Made by a program: the position numbers and the translations under genes. From a virus: DNA of 64,000 nt. The DNA is taken from IMG/VR virus record IMGVR_UViG_3300042446_001683; one strand, given 5' to 3'. The notes under the pieces are model-generated. The model saw nothing but the letters and a program-made list of their open reading frames with translations, was not told the DNA's origin and ran no database searches. Below are positions 1-9,683 of this stretch, in pieces. The number at the start of each line of letters is the position of its first letter. Within the stretch, counting starts at the first letter, position 1.

Positions 1-8
1 ATCTAATT

Positions 9-626
9 ATGCTCGATAAGGTCGAGGCAGATGACATTATAGCGCATTTATCCCGTTATATGGCCACTAAATACGACAGCAAATGCACAATTGTGTCGGC
101 GGATAAAGATTTCTTACAACTAGTAGACGATAACATAACAGTTTATAGTCCTATGGTTAAAGAATATTATACACCAAAACTAGTAAAAGAAAAATTTGGC
201 CTCCCAGCTCATAATTTTATCTTATATAAGACATTAATGGGTGATAATTCAGATAAAATACCAGGAGTACAAGGATTAGGACCTAAAAAGTTATTTAAAT
301 TGTTCCCTGAATTAGCAGATAGAGAAATGACTTTAGAAGAGGTTTTTGAAATAAGTGAGTCTAAATACAAAGACAATATTATTTATTCCAGGGTGGTTTT
401 TAATAACGAGAGTATTAGGAACAATTATTTGATTATGGATTTAGGTAATCCGTTACTAGATGAGGGTGAAAAGAAGCATATTGAGAGTATAGTTGAACAA
501 CCAATTGAAAGAACAAAAGCAGCTGAGTTCATTAAGTTATATAACGAAGATGGGTTACATCATACAATCAAAAATGTAGAGTATTGGATTAGAGACACAT
601 TCAAAGTTTTAAACAGTTTTAAATAA
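9..626 (+). CDS. 5'-3' exonuclease / flap endonuclease (T4 RNase H-like), probably 5'-truncated by the window edge
   Basis: EADDIIA, SADKDFLQL and GDNSDKIPGVQGLGPK (H3TH) motifs; the frame is open to the window start. Confidence 0.9.
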   Translation: MLDKVEADDIIAHLSRYMATKYDSKCTIVSADKDFLQLVDDNITVYSPMVKEYYTPKLVKEKFGLPAHNFILYKTLMGDNSDKIPGVQGLGPKKLFKLFPELADREMTLEEVFEISESKYKDNIIYSRVVFNNESIRNNYLIMDLGNPLLDEGEKKHIESIVEQPIERTKAAEFIKLYNEDGLHHTIKNVEYWIRDTFKVLNSFK

Positions 627-635
627 ATAAAAGTT

Positions 636-2000
636 ATGACGTTAAGTACATTGTCCTCGTATGGAATACATTTCCAGACGAAAGTGATATCTTCCTTATT
701 GACACATAAGGAATTTTTAGTCAACATACATGACATTATAAGCGAAGAGTATTTCGATAACTCAGCTCATAAATGGGTCATAAGTGAAATCTTAAAGTAC
801 TATGACAAATACCATACTACACCAAGTATGGAAGTCTTGAAAGTACAAGTAAAGAAAATCGATAATGAAGTTCTACAATTATCAATTAAGGAACAATTAA
901 AAGAAGCATATAAAGCATCAGACGATGACTTAGCTTATGTAGAGGAAGAGTTTTCTAACTTCTGTAAGAACCAACAATTAAAGAAAGCATTATTAACATC
1001 AGTAGATTTATTAAACGCTGGTGACTATGATTCAATTAGAAACTTAGTTGATAACGCTTTAAAAGCTGGTGGTGATAAGAATTTAGGATTAGAATATAGT
1101 AAAGATGTTGAATCTCGATATAGAGAAGAAGACAGAAGCCCGATTGCTACACCTTGGCCTTTATTTAATGACCTATTACAAGGTGGTTTAGGTGAAGGTG
1201 ACTTTGGATTAATATTTGGTAATCCGGGAGGAGGTAAATCATGGACATTGATTGCTTTAGGAGCACACGCTGTCCAATTAGGTTTTAATGTAATACACTA
1301 TACTTTAGAGTTAGGTGAAAGTTATGTTGGAAGAAGATATGATGCTTGTTTAACAGGAATACCTGTAAATAACATTATGGGTTTTAAAGACCAAGTTGAA
1401 AAAGAAATACTTGAACTACCAGGTAACTTAGTTATTAAAGAATATTCACCTGGTAAAGCATCTATTTCAACAATAGAATCACATATTCAAAAATGTATTG
1501 ACTTAGATTTCAAACCAGATTTGATTATTATCGATTACGTAGACTTACTTCGATCAAAAAGAAACAATCGTGAGCGTAAGGATGAAATTGATGATATTTA
1601 TCTTAGTACTAAAGGTCTTGCTCGTGAATTGAAGTTACCTATTTGGAGTGTATCTCAAGTTAATAGAGCGGGAGCTAAAGACGATGTTATTGAGGGTGAT
1701 AAAGCCGCAGGTAGCTATGACAAAGTCATGATTACAGATGTGGCTATTTCTCTCTCTCGTAAAAAAGAAGACAAAGTAGCTGGAACAGGTAGATTTCACT
1801 TTATGAAAAACAGATATGGAGGTGACGGTATGACATTTGGAGCTAAAATTGATACATCAACAGGTCGTTTCGAGATATTTAACGATTATGATGAAAATGA
1901 AGAATCATATACACCATCTAAACCTGTAAACAGTTTTAGTGAAATAAATAGCCTAGATCGAGACATTCTTCAAAAGAAATTTTTTGAACTACAATCTTGA
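636..2000 (+). CDS. DnaB/gp41-like replicative helicase
   Basis: Walker A GNPGGGKS, YTLE, IIIDYVDLL, SQVNR, KNRYG. Confidence 0.92.
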   Translation: MTLSTLSSYGIHFQTKVISSLLTHKEFLVNIHDIISEEYFDNSAHKWVISEILKYYDKYHTTPSMEVLKVQVKKIDNEVLQLSIKEQLKEAYKASDDDLAYVEEEFSNFCKNQQLKKALLTSVDLLNAGDYDSIRNLVDNALKAGGDKNLGLEYSKDVESRYREEDRSPIATPWPLFNDLLQGGLGEGDFGLIFGNPGGGKSWTLIALGAHAVQLGFNVIHYTLELGESYVGRRYDACLTGIPVNNIMGFKDQVEKEILELPGNLVIKEYSPGKASISTIESHIQKCIDLDFKPDLIIIDYVDLLRSKRNNRERKDEIDDIYLSTKGLARELKLPIWSVSQVNRAGAKDDVIEGDKAAGSYDKVMITDVAISLSRKKEDKVAGTGRFHFMKNRYGGDGMTFGAKIDTSTGRFEIFNDYDENEESYTPSKPVNSFSEINSLDRDILQKKFFELQS

Positions 2001-2017
2001 TGTTATATTAAAATTAT

Positions 2018-2968
2018 ATGATTACTAAAATAAGAAATTTTTACAAGCCGTTTGAGTACCAACAGGCGTTTGATTTTTATAAAGATCAACATCGCTCACA
2101 TTGGTTAGCAGACGAAGTGCCATTAGCATCAGATTTAGGTGACTGGAAAGGCAAATTAACAGAACCTGAAAGGAATTTAATTGGAAACATATTAAAGTCA
2201 TTTGCCCAAACAGAAGTTCATGTGAACGATTATTGGTCGACAAAAGTATCAGTATGGTTTCCAAAACCTGAAATTCAAGCAATGGCTCGTGTGTTTGCTG
2301 ATTTTGAATCAATTCATGCTGAAGCATATGCTCGTTTGAATGAAGAATTAGGTTTAGATGATTTTCAAGCGTTCTTAGAAGATGAAACATCAAAAGCAAA
2401 AATTGAGCGTTTAATTGAAACACCAGGTGAAACATTAGAGGAAAGAGCATTATCATTAGCTATATTCTCAGCGTTCACTGAAGGAGTAAATTTGTTTAGT
2501 TCGTTTGCTATATTAATGAGTTTCCAATTAAGAAACTTAATGAAAGGAACAGGCCAAATTGTTGAGTGGAGTGTTAGAGATGAATCATTACATTCTAAAG
2601 CAGGATGTTGGTTGTTTAGAACATTACTTGAAGAACAACCTGAACTAAATAATAACAGACTAAGAGACGCAGTAATAGAAGCATGCCAAATATCAGTACA
2701 ATTAGAATTTGATTTTATTGATAAGGCATTTGAAATGGGAGATGTTGATGGATTAAATGTTAATCAATTAAAGAATTTCATTAAAGCACGAGCTAACGAG
2801 AAAATGTTAGAATTAGGTTATAATGCAATTTATAATGACATTGATCCGGGTTTATTAAAACAAATTGAGTGGTTCGGTCATTTAACAAGCGGTAAAACGC
2901 ATCAAGATTTCTTTGCGGGAAGAGTAACTAGTTACTCAAAGTCAACAGCAGATTGGGACGATTTATAA
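2018..2968 (+). CDS. nrdB: Ribonucleotide reductase class I beta subunit
   Basis: YKPFEY, W29, ExxH motifs ESIH and DESLH, EG..LFSSF, DFF C-terminal tail. Confidence 0.95.
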   Translation: MITKIRNFYKPFEYQQAFDFYKDQHRSHWLADEVPLASDLGDWKGKLTEPERNLIGNILKSFAQTEVHVNDYWSTKVSVWFPKPEIQAMARVFADFESIHAEAYARLNEELGLDDFQAFLEDETSKAKIERLIETPGETLEERALSLAIFSAFTEGVNLFSSFAILMSFQLRNLMKGTGQIVEWSVRDESLHSKAGCWLFRTLLEEQPELNNNRLRDAVIEACQISVQLEFDFIDKAFEMGDVDGLNVNQLKNFIKARANEKMLELGYNAIYNDIDPGLLKQIEWFGHLTSGKTHQDFFAGRVTSYSKSTADWDDL

Positions 2969-2978
2969 AAAACAAAAA

Positions 2979-4703
2979 ATGAGTATACAAGTAGACACAG
3001 ATGGATGGGTTAAAGGAAAGAACTACCCAAGTTGGATGGATGAGATTGCTGTTAGCATGATTTCAAAAGGTTATTTATTGCCTGATGAAGATGTATTTGA
3101 CGCATATAAAAGAGTAACTAAATCAGCTGCTCGTAGATTAAAACGTAAAGACTTACAACCGTTCTTTTATGAGGCGATAGTCAAGAATTGGTTATGTTTA
3201 GCATCACCTGTATTATCAAACTTAGGTACAGAACGTGGAATGCCTATTTCATGCTTTGGTATCGATGTTGGAGACAGCATCGAAGGTATTGCAGATGCTA
3301 ACTCTGAATTAATGAGACTATCATCTCAAGGTGGTGGTGTAGGTATTGGTTTATCTCGCATTAGAGGCCGAGGTAAAGCGATTAAAGACAATGGTGTATC
3401 TGAAGGTATTGTTCCGTGGGCTAAAATTTATGATTCAACCATTTTAGCTACTAACCAAGGATCAGTTCGTAGAGGAGCGGCATCAGTTAACTTAAATATT
3501 AATCACCCTGATGTTGAGGAATTTTTACAAATTCGTAGACCAAAAGGTGATGTTAATCGTCAATGTTTGAACTTACACCAATGTGTTGTTATTGATGACC
3601 AGTTTATGACTAACCTAGACAATAAAGAACCTAGAGCAATGAAGTTGTGGGGTGAGATTTTAAAAACACGTCTTGAGACAGGTGAGCCTTATATTATGTT
3701 TGAAGATAATGTTAATAATACAAATCCTGAAGCATATAAGAAAAATAACTTACATGTATCAATGACTAACATTTGTTCTGAGATTTCATTATATACAGAT
3801 GAATTACATTCATTTATTTGTTGTTTATCATCTTTAAACTTAGCTCGTTGGGATGAATGGAAAGATTTTACATTTGAAAATGGAATGACATTACCTGAGT
3901 TAACTTGTTGGTTTTTGGAAGGTGTATTACAAGAATTTATTGATAGAGCTAAAAATGTTAAGTTTATGGAAAACACAGTTCGTTCTGCTACTAAAGGTAG
4001 AGCAATTGGAATTGGTGTTTTAGGATGGCATACATTTTTACAATCAAAGAATTTACCATTTGTAGGTATTCAAGCAACTGCTTATACAAGAATGATATCT
4101 GACTTTATTGAGAAAGGCGCTTTAAAAGCATCTCACGACCAAGCAGAATTATATGGTGAGCCAGAATGGTGTAAAGGCACAGGTATGAGACATACTCATC
4201 ACTTAGCAATTGCACCTACAGTATCAAACGCTCATATTTCAGGAGGTGTATCACCTTCAATTGAACCTATTCCTGCTAATGTTTATAATTTGAAAACAGC
4301 GAAAGGTGTATTCATTAAGCGTAATAAAATATTAGAGGAATTACTTGAAACTAAAGGATATAACATTGATAGTGTTTGGGAACAAATTCTAAAAGACCAA
4401 GGTTCAGTTATTAATGTTCCTTCTTATATTTTAACTGATGAAGAAAAGGAAGTATTCTTAACATTCAAAGAAATCAACCAATTAGAAATTGTAAGACAAA
4501 ATGGTGTTAGACAAGAATATGTAGACCAAGCTATCTCATTAAACTTATGTTTTGATCCAAATGATACTCCAAAATGGATTAGCCAAGTACATAAAGAGGC
4601 TCATAAACTAGGGATTAAAACATTATACTACTTACGTACTGAATCAGTATTAAGAGGAGATAATTTACAGCGTTTATCGGAATGCATCAGTTGTGAAGGA
4701 TAA
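2979..4703 (+). CDS. nrdA: Ribonucleotide reductase class I alpha subunit (short, no ATP cone)
   Basis: PISCF, GGGVG, TNICSEI (catalytic Cys), AIAPT, KTLYY, C-terminal CISCEG. Confidence 0.95.
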   Translation: MSIQVDTDGWVKGKNYPSWMDEIAVSMISKGYLLPDEDVFDAYKRVTKSAARRLKRKDLQPFFYEAIVKNWLCLASPVLSNLGTERGMPISCFGIDVGDSIEGIADANSELMRLSSQGGGVGIGLSRIRGRGKAIKDNGVSEGIVPWAKIYDSTILATNQGSVRRGAASVNLNINHPDVEEFLQIRRPKGDVNRQCLNLHQCVVIDDQFMTNLDNKEPRAMKLWGEILKTRLETGEPYIMFEDNVNNTNPEAYKKNNLHVSMTNICSEISLYTDELHSFICCLSSLNLARWDEWKDFTFENGMTLPELTCWFLEGVLQEFIDRAKNVKFMENTVRSATKGRAIGIGVLGWHTFLQSKNLPFVGIQATAYTRMISDFIEKGALKASHDQAELYGEPEWCKGTGMRHTHHLAIAPTVSNAHISGGVSPSIEPIPANVYNLKTAKGVFIKRNKILEELLETKGYNIDSVWEQILKDQGSVINVPSYILTDEEKEVFLTFKEINQLEIVRQNGVRQEYVDQAISLNLCFDPNDTPKWISQVHKEAHKLGIKTLYYLRTESVLRGDNLQRLSECISCEG

Positions 4704-4704
4704 T

Positions 4705-4713
4705 ATATTTATA
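4705..4713 (+). promoter_or_regulatory. Putative late promoter ATATTTATA
   Basis: Sits right after the nrdA stop, upstream of the leader-family genes; same motif recurs intergenically elsewhere. Confidence 0.5.
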
Positions 4714-4733
4714 GTAAATAATTCTTAATAAAA

Positions 4734-5405
4734 ATGAAACTATCACAACTAAAACAAATCATCAAAGAAGAAATTCAAAATTCTTTAAAAGAAGCACCTG
4801 CTACCCCAGCATTAAAACCTTTAGATTTTACTAAACTTGATAATATATTTAATGTATTAACAACACCTCAACCAGGTTTAAGTAAAGAAGAGAGTGGTTA
4901 TGAAACTATATCTGACGAAAAACCAGGCTCTTTTAAATATGTGACAAAGTTTCTTCAGAAATTAGCTGATGCTCATGCTAAAGGAGATAAAAAGTTTATA
5001 GATTTTATATCTAAAAATACAGATACTTTCCCACCTTCAGTAACAGTTGAGGATGATATTACTGATTATCTTAAAGATAAAAATTTAGCAAAACAGATTC
5101 AGAAGCTTAATGATATTTTTTATGGTATAGATTACAATCTTTACGAAATTGAACCAGATGATGTTATAAGATCATATAATGAATTAGCGGATTTTGTTAA
5201 TAAATTTGGTACAACCAAAGATGTAGGTTCTAACTCTAGAGATGATGCAAAAGCTTGGCTCGCGGCAAAGAACGCGCCAGCTAGCCCTGCGAAAACATAC
5301 ACTGGTAGTGACATGGCTAAATTAGTTAACTCACCAGATTTTGATCAAAAATACACTATAACCACTAACGCTAAAGGTGAAATGGTTATTACTCCTAAGA
5401 AGTAA
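4734..5405 (+). CDS. MKLSQLKQIIKEEI-leader protein 1 (putative virion internal protein)
   Basis: N-terminal leader shared with 5412, 5764 and 19584; ends in SLKE; body unrelated to the paralogues. Confidence 0.6.
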   Translation: MKLSQLKQIIKEEIQNSLKEAPATPALKPLDFTKLDNIFNVLTTPQPGLSKEESGYETISDEKPGSFKYVTKFLQKLADAHAKGDKKFIDFISKNTDTFPPSVTVEDDITDYLKDKNLAKQIQKLNDIFYGIDYNLYEIEPDDVIRSYNELADFVNKFGTTKDVGSNSRDDAKAWLAAKNAPASPAKTYTGSDMAKLVNSPDFDQKYTITTNAKGEMVITPKK

Positions 5406-5411
5406 GTTGTT

Positions 5412-5762
5412 ATGAAACTATCTCAACTAAAACAAATCATCAAAGAAGAAATTAAAGATTCTTTAAATGAAGCTAGTAATCTAGAATCTAAAGTAGCTGA
5501 TTTATATGGATATGCTGGTGTAAAGACTCAGTATGATGATGATATGGTTAAGAGATATGGTCAAAAAGTAATTGACCTAGCTGTAGAAATGGCTCCAAAA
5601 ATATTAGCATATGAATCTGAACTTAAGAACATAGTTAAGCAAATGGAAGCATCACCAGAAGCAAAAATGCTGTTAAGAGCTATGTCAGAAGCTCGAGGAT
5701 ATAGTGGAGGCAGATCATATGTATCTTTAGGAGATTTAATTAACCGATACACAAAAGACTAA
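5412..5762 (+). CDS. MKLSQLKQIIKEEI-leader protein 2
   Basis: Same leader, ends in SLNE. Confidence 0.6.
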   Translation: MKLSQLKQIIKEEIKDSLNEASNLESKVADLYGYAGVKTQYDDDMVKRYGQKVIDLAVEMAPKILAYESELKNIVKQMEASPEAKMLLRAMSEARGYSGGRSYVSLGDLINRYTKD

Positions 5763-5763
5763 T

Positions 5764-6387
5764 ATGAAACTATCACAACTTAAACAAATCATCAAAGAAG
5801 AGATAAACGAACTTGGATTTGACTACCCAGGTAAAGAACAAACTCCTTCAGCATATCAAAACGGTATCATGGATACTTTAAAAGCTATACAACAATTAGG
5901 AGTAAATGTTGATGTAAATGCTGTAATGGATATACTTTACCCAGATGATGAAAGTCCTAAAGATGAAAATCCAATAAATGAAAACTATGTGCTAGATGCT
6001 ATGGGTACTGTGCTAGTAGGAGGTGTTGGATTAGTATTAGCAACAGCTGGTATTGTTGGTGGTACTGCTTTAGCTCTAGATAATATCCAATATGGTCCAA
6101 TAGGTGATACTATTAGAAAATTAAAAAACAAAATAAGTGATCGTAAATTTAATAAGTATATTAGACCAATACTCCTTCGTTTTAAAAACGATCAAGTATT
6201 ACAAGATATGTTTGAAAAATATAACTCAGCATCCTCCTTTGAATTTGATGCAATTAGAAAAGAAATTGCTGACTATATTGAAAGTAAACTTTCATCTAGA
6301 GAGTTAAAATATATTAAAGATGTTGTTGATTCATTACATATGTCAGATCTATCTAAATCATTTAAACAAGAAGATGATATGATTTAA
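5764..6387 (+). CDS. MKLSQLKQIIKEEI-leader protein 3 with Gly-rich hydrophobic segment
   Basis: Same leader (EINE); hydrophobic stretch VLVGGVGLVLATAGIVGGTALAL. Confidence 0.6.
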   Translation: MKLSQLKQIIKEEINELGFDYPGKEQTPSAYQNGIMDTLKAIQQLGVNVDVNAVMDILYPDDESPKDENPINENYVLDAMGTVLVGGVGLVLATAGIVGGTALALDNIQYGPIGDTIRKLKNKISDRKFNKYIRPILLRFKNDQVLQDMFEKYNSASSFEFDAIRKEIADYIESKLSSRELKYIKDVVDSLHMSDLSKSFKQEDDMI

Positions 6388-6413
6388 TAATCTAGTAACA
6401 TATTACATTTAAA

Positions 6414-6445
6414 GTTTGGCCTTCGGGCCATTCTTTGTTATATTT
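6414..6445 (+). promoter_or_regulatory. Bacteroidota-type promoter with embedded GGCC-TTCG-GGCC hairpin and T-tract
   Basis: gtttggccttcgggccattctttgttatattt; TTTG-N20-TATATTT. Confidence 0.75.
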
Positions 6446-6450
6446 AAGAT

Positions 6451-6744
6451 ATGAAAGTAGGAGCACTAGTAGAATGTATCAACGATACATGGAAACAAAA
6501 AACAATAGAAACTGTACCTAACCGTCCTATCAAAGGAAAGTATTACACAATTAGGACAGCTAATCAATATCCTCATGGTATTGGTGTTACTTTAGAAGAA
6601 GTAACTAATGCTAGAACAGTTCAATATCAAGGTCAATTATTAGAACCTAGTTTTGATGCTGAACGTTTTAGAGAGTTAACTGACTTACCTGACATTGAGG
6701 AATTATTAGAAGAAGTATTTGCAGGCGAATTAACAGAAAAATAA
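6451..6744 (+). CDS. Hypothetical protein
   Basis: ORF directly after the promoter; phage-like codon usage. Confidence 0.75.
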   Translation: MKVGALVECINDTWKQKTIETVPNRPIKGKYYTIRTANQYPHGIGVTLEEVTNARTVQYQGQLLEPSFDAERFRELTDLPDIEELLEEVFAGELTEK

Positions 6745-7265
6745 TGGTTACAGTAGAACAAGTTTTGAAAGAATTTAATCCTATATTTGGGATTGAAGCA
6801 CCACCTAAACCAGCTAAACTAGCTAAGTTTAATGTATTTTATTGGCATAGACGATACCAAATTCATAAACCATTAGGAGCTAAAGCTCGTATTGACGAGA
6901 AAATGAAAAATGGTGACTTTGAATACTCACCTTACGCCAAGTATATCAATTATGAGTACTGGTGGATGGCTGAAGAAATAGCAGAAATACGTAACAGTGA
7001 TAAAGGTTTTGAAGTAAAACAAGAACATGAACGTAATGCTATCAAAATGTATAATAGACGTATTGAAAATCTAAGAAAAGATTTTGAACGTGATGAAAAA
7101 GAACGTATGAGTAGTCTAAAATACAGTCTAAAACATTGGATTGGTGGTACCACAGAACAAGTACATACATTCATTTATGAACATGCAGAAGGTACTACTG
7201 AGGAATTGATTCAACAGTATAAAAAATGGTTACAAAATAGACCAGAAAATGATCTTCCTTATTAA
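6744..7265 (+). CDS. Hypothetical protein
   Basis: Translationally coupled ORF (TAATG overlap). Confidence 0.75.
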   Translation: MVTVEQVLKEFNPIFGIEAPPKPAKLAKFNVFYWHRRYQIHKPLGAKARIDEKMKNGDFEYSPYAKYINYEYWWMAEEIAEIRNSDKGFEVKQEHERNAIKMYNRRIENLRKDFERDEKERMSSLKYSLKHWIGGTTEQVHTFIYEHAEGTTEELIQQYKKWLQNRPENDLPY

Positions 7266-7273
7266 GAAAGATA

Positions 7274-7305
7274 GTTTGGCAATAAAAAGAAATATATTTA
7301 TATTA
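7274..7305 (+). promoter_or_regulatory. Bacteroidota-type promoter
   Basis: gtttggc-N-tatatta with conserved spacing, upstream of the 7314 gene. Confidence 0.65.
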
Positions 7306-7313
7306 AATAAGTT

Positions 7314-8120
7314 ATGAAAATAAAAGTCTCACATGAAGTACCATTAGCAGTACTAAACGTCTCACAAACATTCAATGATTACGATTATTGTTTGCCTCAC
7401 TTACTAGATAGTGAGTATGAATATTTTAAGTATTTTGACCAAGCAAAGAAAGATGGTCGTTACATTATCATGGATAATAGTTTACATGAACTAGGACATG
7501 CTTATGATACTGAACGTCTATTACATTGGGTTAATTACTTTGAACCAAATGAATTTATTGTACCTGATGTATGGCAAGATATGCAAGCATCTATTGATAA
7601 TGCTGCAGAATGGGCTAAAATTAAGTTACCTTACTATACTACTAAAGTAGCGGTTGTTCAAGCAACTAATATTGAAGAAGCAGCTGAATGTTATTTAAAA
7701 TATAAATCATTAGGTTATAAGAAAATAGCATTTTCATATGGTGCCGGGTATTATAAAGAGCATTTTACTCATATATTACCAGCAATTTCTACTGCAATGG
7801 GTCGAGTAAATGTTATAGGTAAGTTGTATAATAGCGATGTTATTCAATCTACTGATAGAGTTCACTTACTTGGATGTGCTGCTCCTCAAGAGTTTTTATT
7901 CCACCAGAATTACCCATTCATTGAAAGTATAGATACTTCAAATCCAATTATGGCTGCGATGGAAGATAAAATGTATAAAGAACATGGTTTGGATGAGAAA
8001 CCAATTACTAAAATTGACCATGTTATGAATCGTGCCTCTGAAGATATTAACTGGTATGCTTTACATTACAATGTAAATAAATTTAGAAAAATTAACCGTT
8101 TAGATAAAATTATAAAATAA
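7314..8120 (+). CDS. Divergent TGT-fold protein, putative DpdA-like 7-deazaguanine DNA transglycosylase
   Basis: IIMDNS, IVPDV, VHLLG and SIDTS resemble TGT/DpdA barrel motifs; heads the que cluster. Confidence 0.5.
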   Translation: MKIKVSHEVPLAVLNVSQTFNDYDYCLPHLLDSEYEYFKYFDQAKKDGRYIIMDNSLHELGHAYDTERLLHWVNYFEPNEFIVPDVWQDMQASIDNAAEWAKIKLPYYTTKVAVVQATNIEEAAECYLKYKSLGYKKIAFSYGAGYYKEHFTHILPAISTAMGRVNVIGKLYNSDVIQSTDRVHLLGCAAPQEFLFHQNYPFIESIDTSNPIMAAMEDKMYKEHGLDEKPITKIDHVMNRASEDINWYALHYNVNKFRKINRLDKIIK

Positions 8121-8125
8121 GAGTT

Positions 8126-8278
8126 ATGGAAGATGTATGGCATGGGTTAGTAGCCCCTACACAAGGAAATTTGTATGAACAAGAATGGAATGATGCTATA
8201 AAAAAGCTAAAGAAAGGTCGTCTTAGCTTGTCAAACGAGGATACAGATATTATATTACAAATAGCAAATAAATTATGA
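8126..8278 (+). CDS. Small hypothetical protein (50 aa, not in ORF track)
   Basis: MEDVWHGLVAP...; ATGA overlap with queC. Confidence 0.5.
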   Translation: MEDVWHGLVAPTQGNLYEQEWNDAIKKLKKGRLSLSNEDTDIILQIANKL

Positions 8279-9123
8279 AGAAACAAGCAGTATTATCATT
8301 AAGTGGAGGAATGGATAGTTCTACACTATTGCTTCATCTCCTCGCCAATGGCTATGAAGTTACAGCATTATCATTTGATTATGGACAAAAACATAATATA
8401 GAATTAGAGCGCGCTAAAGATTTAGTTAAATACATTAATGGATATTGTATTTTAGATGAAGAGTCTAAAACAGCAGAATACCCATATTATATAAAACATC
8501 AAATAATCAAACTAGATGGCCTATCTGAACTATTAAACTCAGCATTAGTAACTGGAGGTGAAGAAGTACCTGAAGGACACTATGCTGAAGAGAATATGAA
8601 AGCAACAGTAGTTCCTAATCGTAATAAGATTTTTAGTTCTATTATTCAAGCAGTTGCATTATCAATTGCTGAACAAAAAGATACTGAATGCGCTATTGCA
8701 ATGGGAATACATGCAGGTGATCATGCTATTTATCCTGATTGTCGTCAAGAATTTAGAGATGCTGATTTTGAAGCATTTAAGATGGGTAATTGGGGTGCTG
8801 AAAAAGTATATCATTATACACCTTATTTACATACTGATAAGTTTGGTATTTTACAAGATGGTAATTCATGTGTTGAATGCTTAGGCTTAGACTTTAATGA
8901 AGTATACAAACGTACAAACACATCATACAAACCAATTTATTACTTTTTCAGCTGTTACAGTGATTACAAATCAGCATCATCAGTAGAACGAGTTGAAGCA
9001 TTTATGAAACTTGGAAAACCAGACCCAGTTGAATATGCTGATGAGACAGGTCCTGTAAGTTGGGAAACAGTAGTAGAACATGTAGAAACAATTTTAAATA
9101 ATCACAATAATGCCAACATCTAA
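8275..9123 (+). CDS. queC: 7-cyano-7-deazaguanine synthase
   Basis: SGGMDS PP-loop, FDYGQKH, VPNRN, YPDCR. Confidence 0.92.
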   Translation: MKKQAVLSLSGGMDSSTLLLHLLANGYEVTALSFDYGQKHNIELERAKDLVKYINGYCILDEESKTAEYPYYIKHQIIKLDGLSELLNSALVTGGEEVPEGHYAEENMKATVVPNRNKIFSSIIQAVALSIAEQKDTECAIAMGIHAGDHAIYPDCRQEFRDADFEAFKMGNWGAEKVYHYTPYLHTDKFGILQDGNSCVECLGLDFNEVYKRTNTSYKPIYYFFSCYSDYKSASSVERVEAFMKLGKPDPVEYADETGPVSWETVVEHVETILNNHNNANI

Positions 9124-9274
9124 AAAACGAGGTGGGAAGAAAGCCCATAACAAGCGAGTTACAAAACGTAATGAAACAACCGCTAAAAATAGATTAATCA
9201 TGGAACGTAAGTTTATGGCTATGTTAAAAGAGCAAATCCAACGACAAAACCCAGAAACAGAAGATAATGCTTAA
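9110..9274 (+). CDS. Small basic protein (54 aa, not in ORF track)
   Basis: MPTSKKRGGKKAHNKRV...; fills the gap after queC. Confidence 0.55.
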   Translation: MPTSKKRGGKKAHNKRVTKRNETTAKNRLIMERKFMAMLKEQIQRQNPETEDNA

Positions 9275-9278
9275 ATCT

Positions 9279-9434
9279 ATGAAATACCCAGATCCTAAAA
9301 AACATCAACAAATTAGTTTCGCTAAATCATTTTTACGATTAGCAGGATATGTATTATTATTTATTAACTTACCTATAGCTGCTAGTGTATTAATAGCTAG
9401 TGAAATATTAGGTATAATCGAAGAATTAGTATGA
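9279..9434 (+). CDS. Small membrane protein (51 aa, not in ORF track)
   Basis: MKYPDPKKHQQISFAKSFLRLAGYVLLF...EILGIIEELV; hydrophobic; ATGA overlap with next gene. Confidence 0.6.
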   Translation: MKYPDPKKHQQISFAKSFLRLAGYVLLFINLPIAASVLIASEILGIIEELV

Positions 9435-9682
9435 AAGAATTATTTTACTACACAGCAAATTGGTGTAATCCATGCCAAACCTTAGGCCCAATTATGGATG
9501 AAATTGCAAGACAAATCCCAGTCCGTAAACAAAATATTGATTACACTGATCCATCATTATTAGAGGCTGCTAATGTACGAAATGTACCTACAGTTATCCT
9601 AGTAGAAAATGGACAAGAACTAAAACGTTTTACAGGAGTAAAATCACACTCACAAATTATAACTTGGTTAAATGAAGGATAA
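9431..9682 (+). CDS. Thioredoxin
   Basis: WCNPC and NVPT (cis-Pro) motifs. Confidence 0.9.
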   Translation: MKELFYYTANWCNPCQTLGPIMDEIARQIPVRKQNIDYTDPSLLEAANVRNVPTVILVENGQELKRFTGVKSHSQIITWLNEG

Positions 9683-9683
9683 T

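Noticed and set aside
4734-6387. Diversity-generating retroelement behind the repeated gene starts
   Set aside because: No reverse transcriptase is in the window, and the repeat is N-terminal and conserved at protein level, unlike a TR/VR pair with a diversified C-terminal region.
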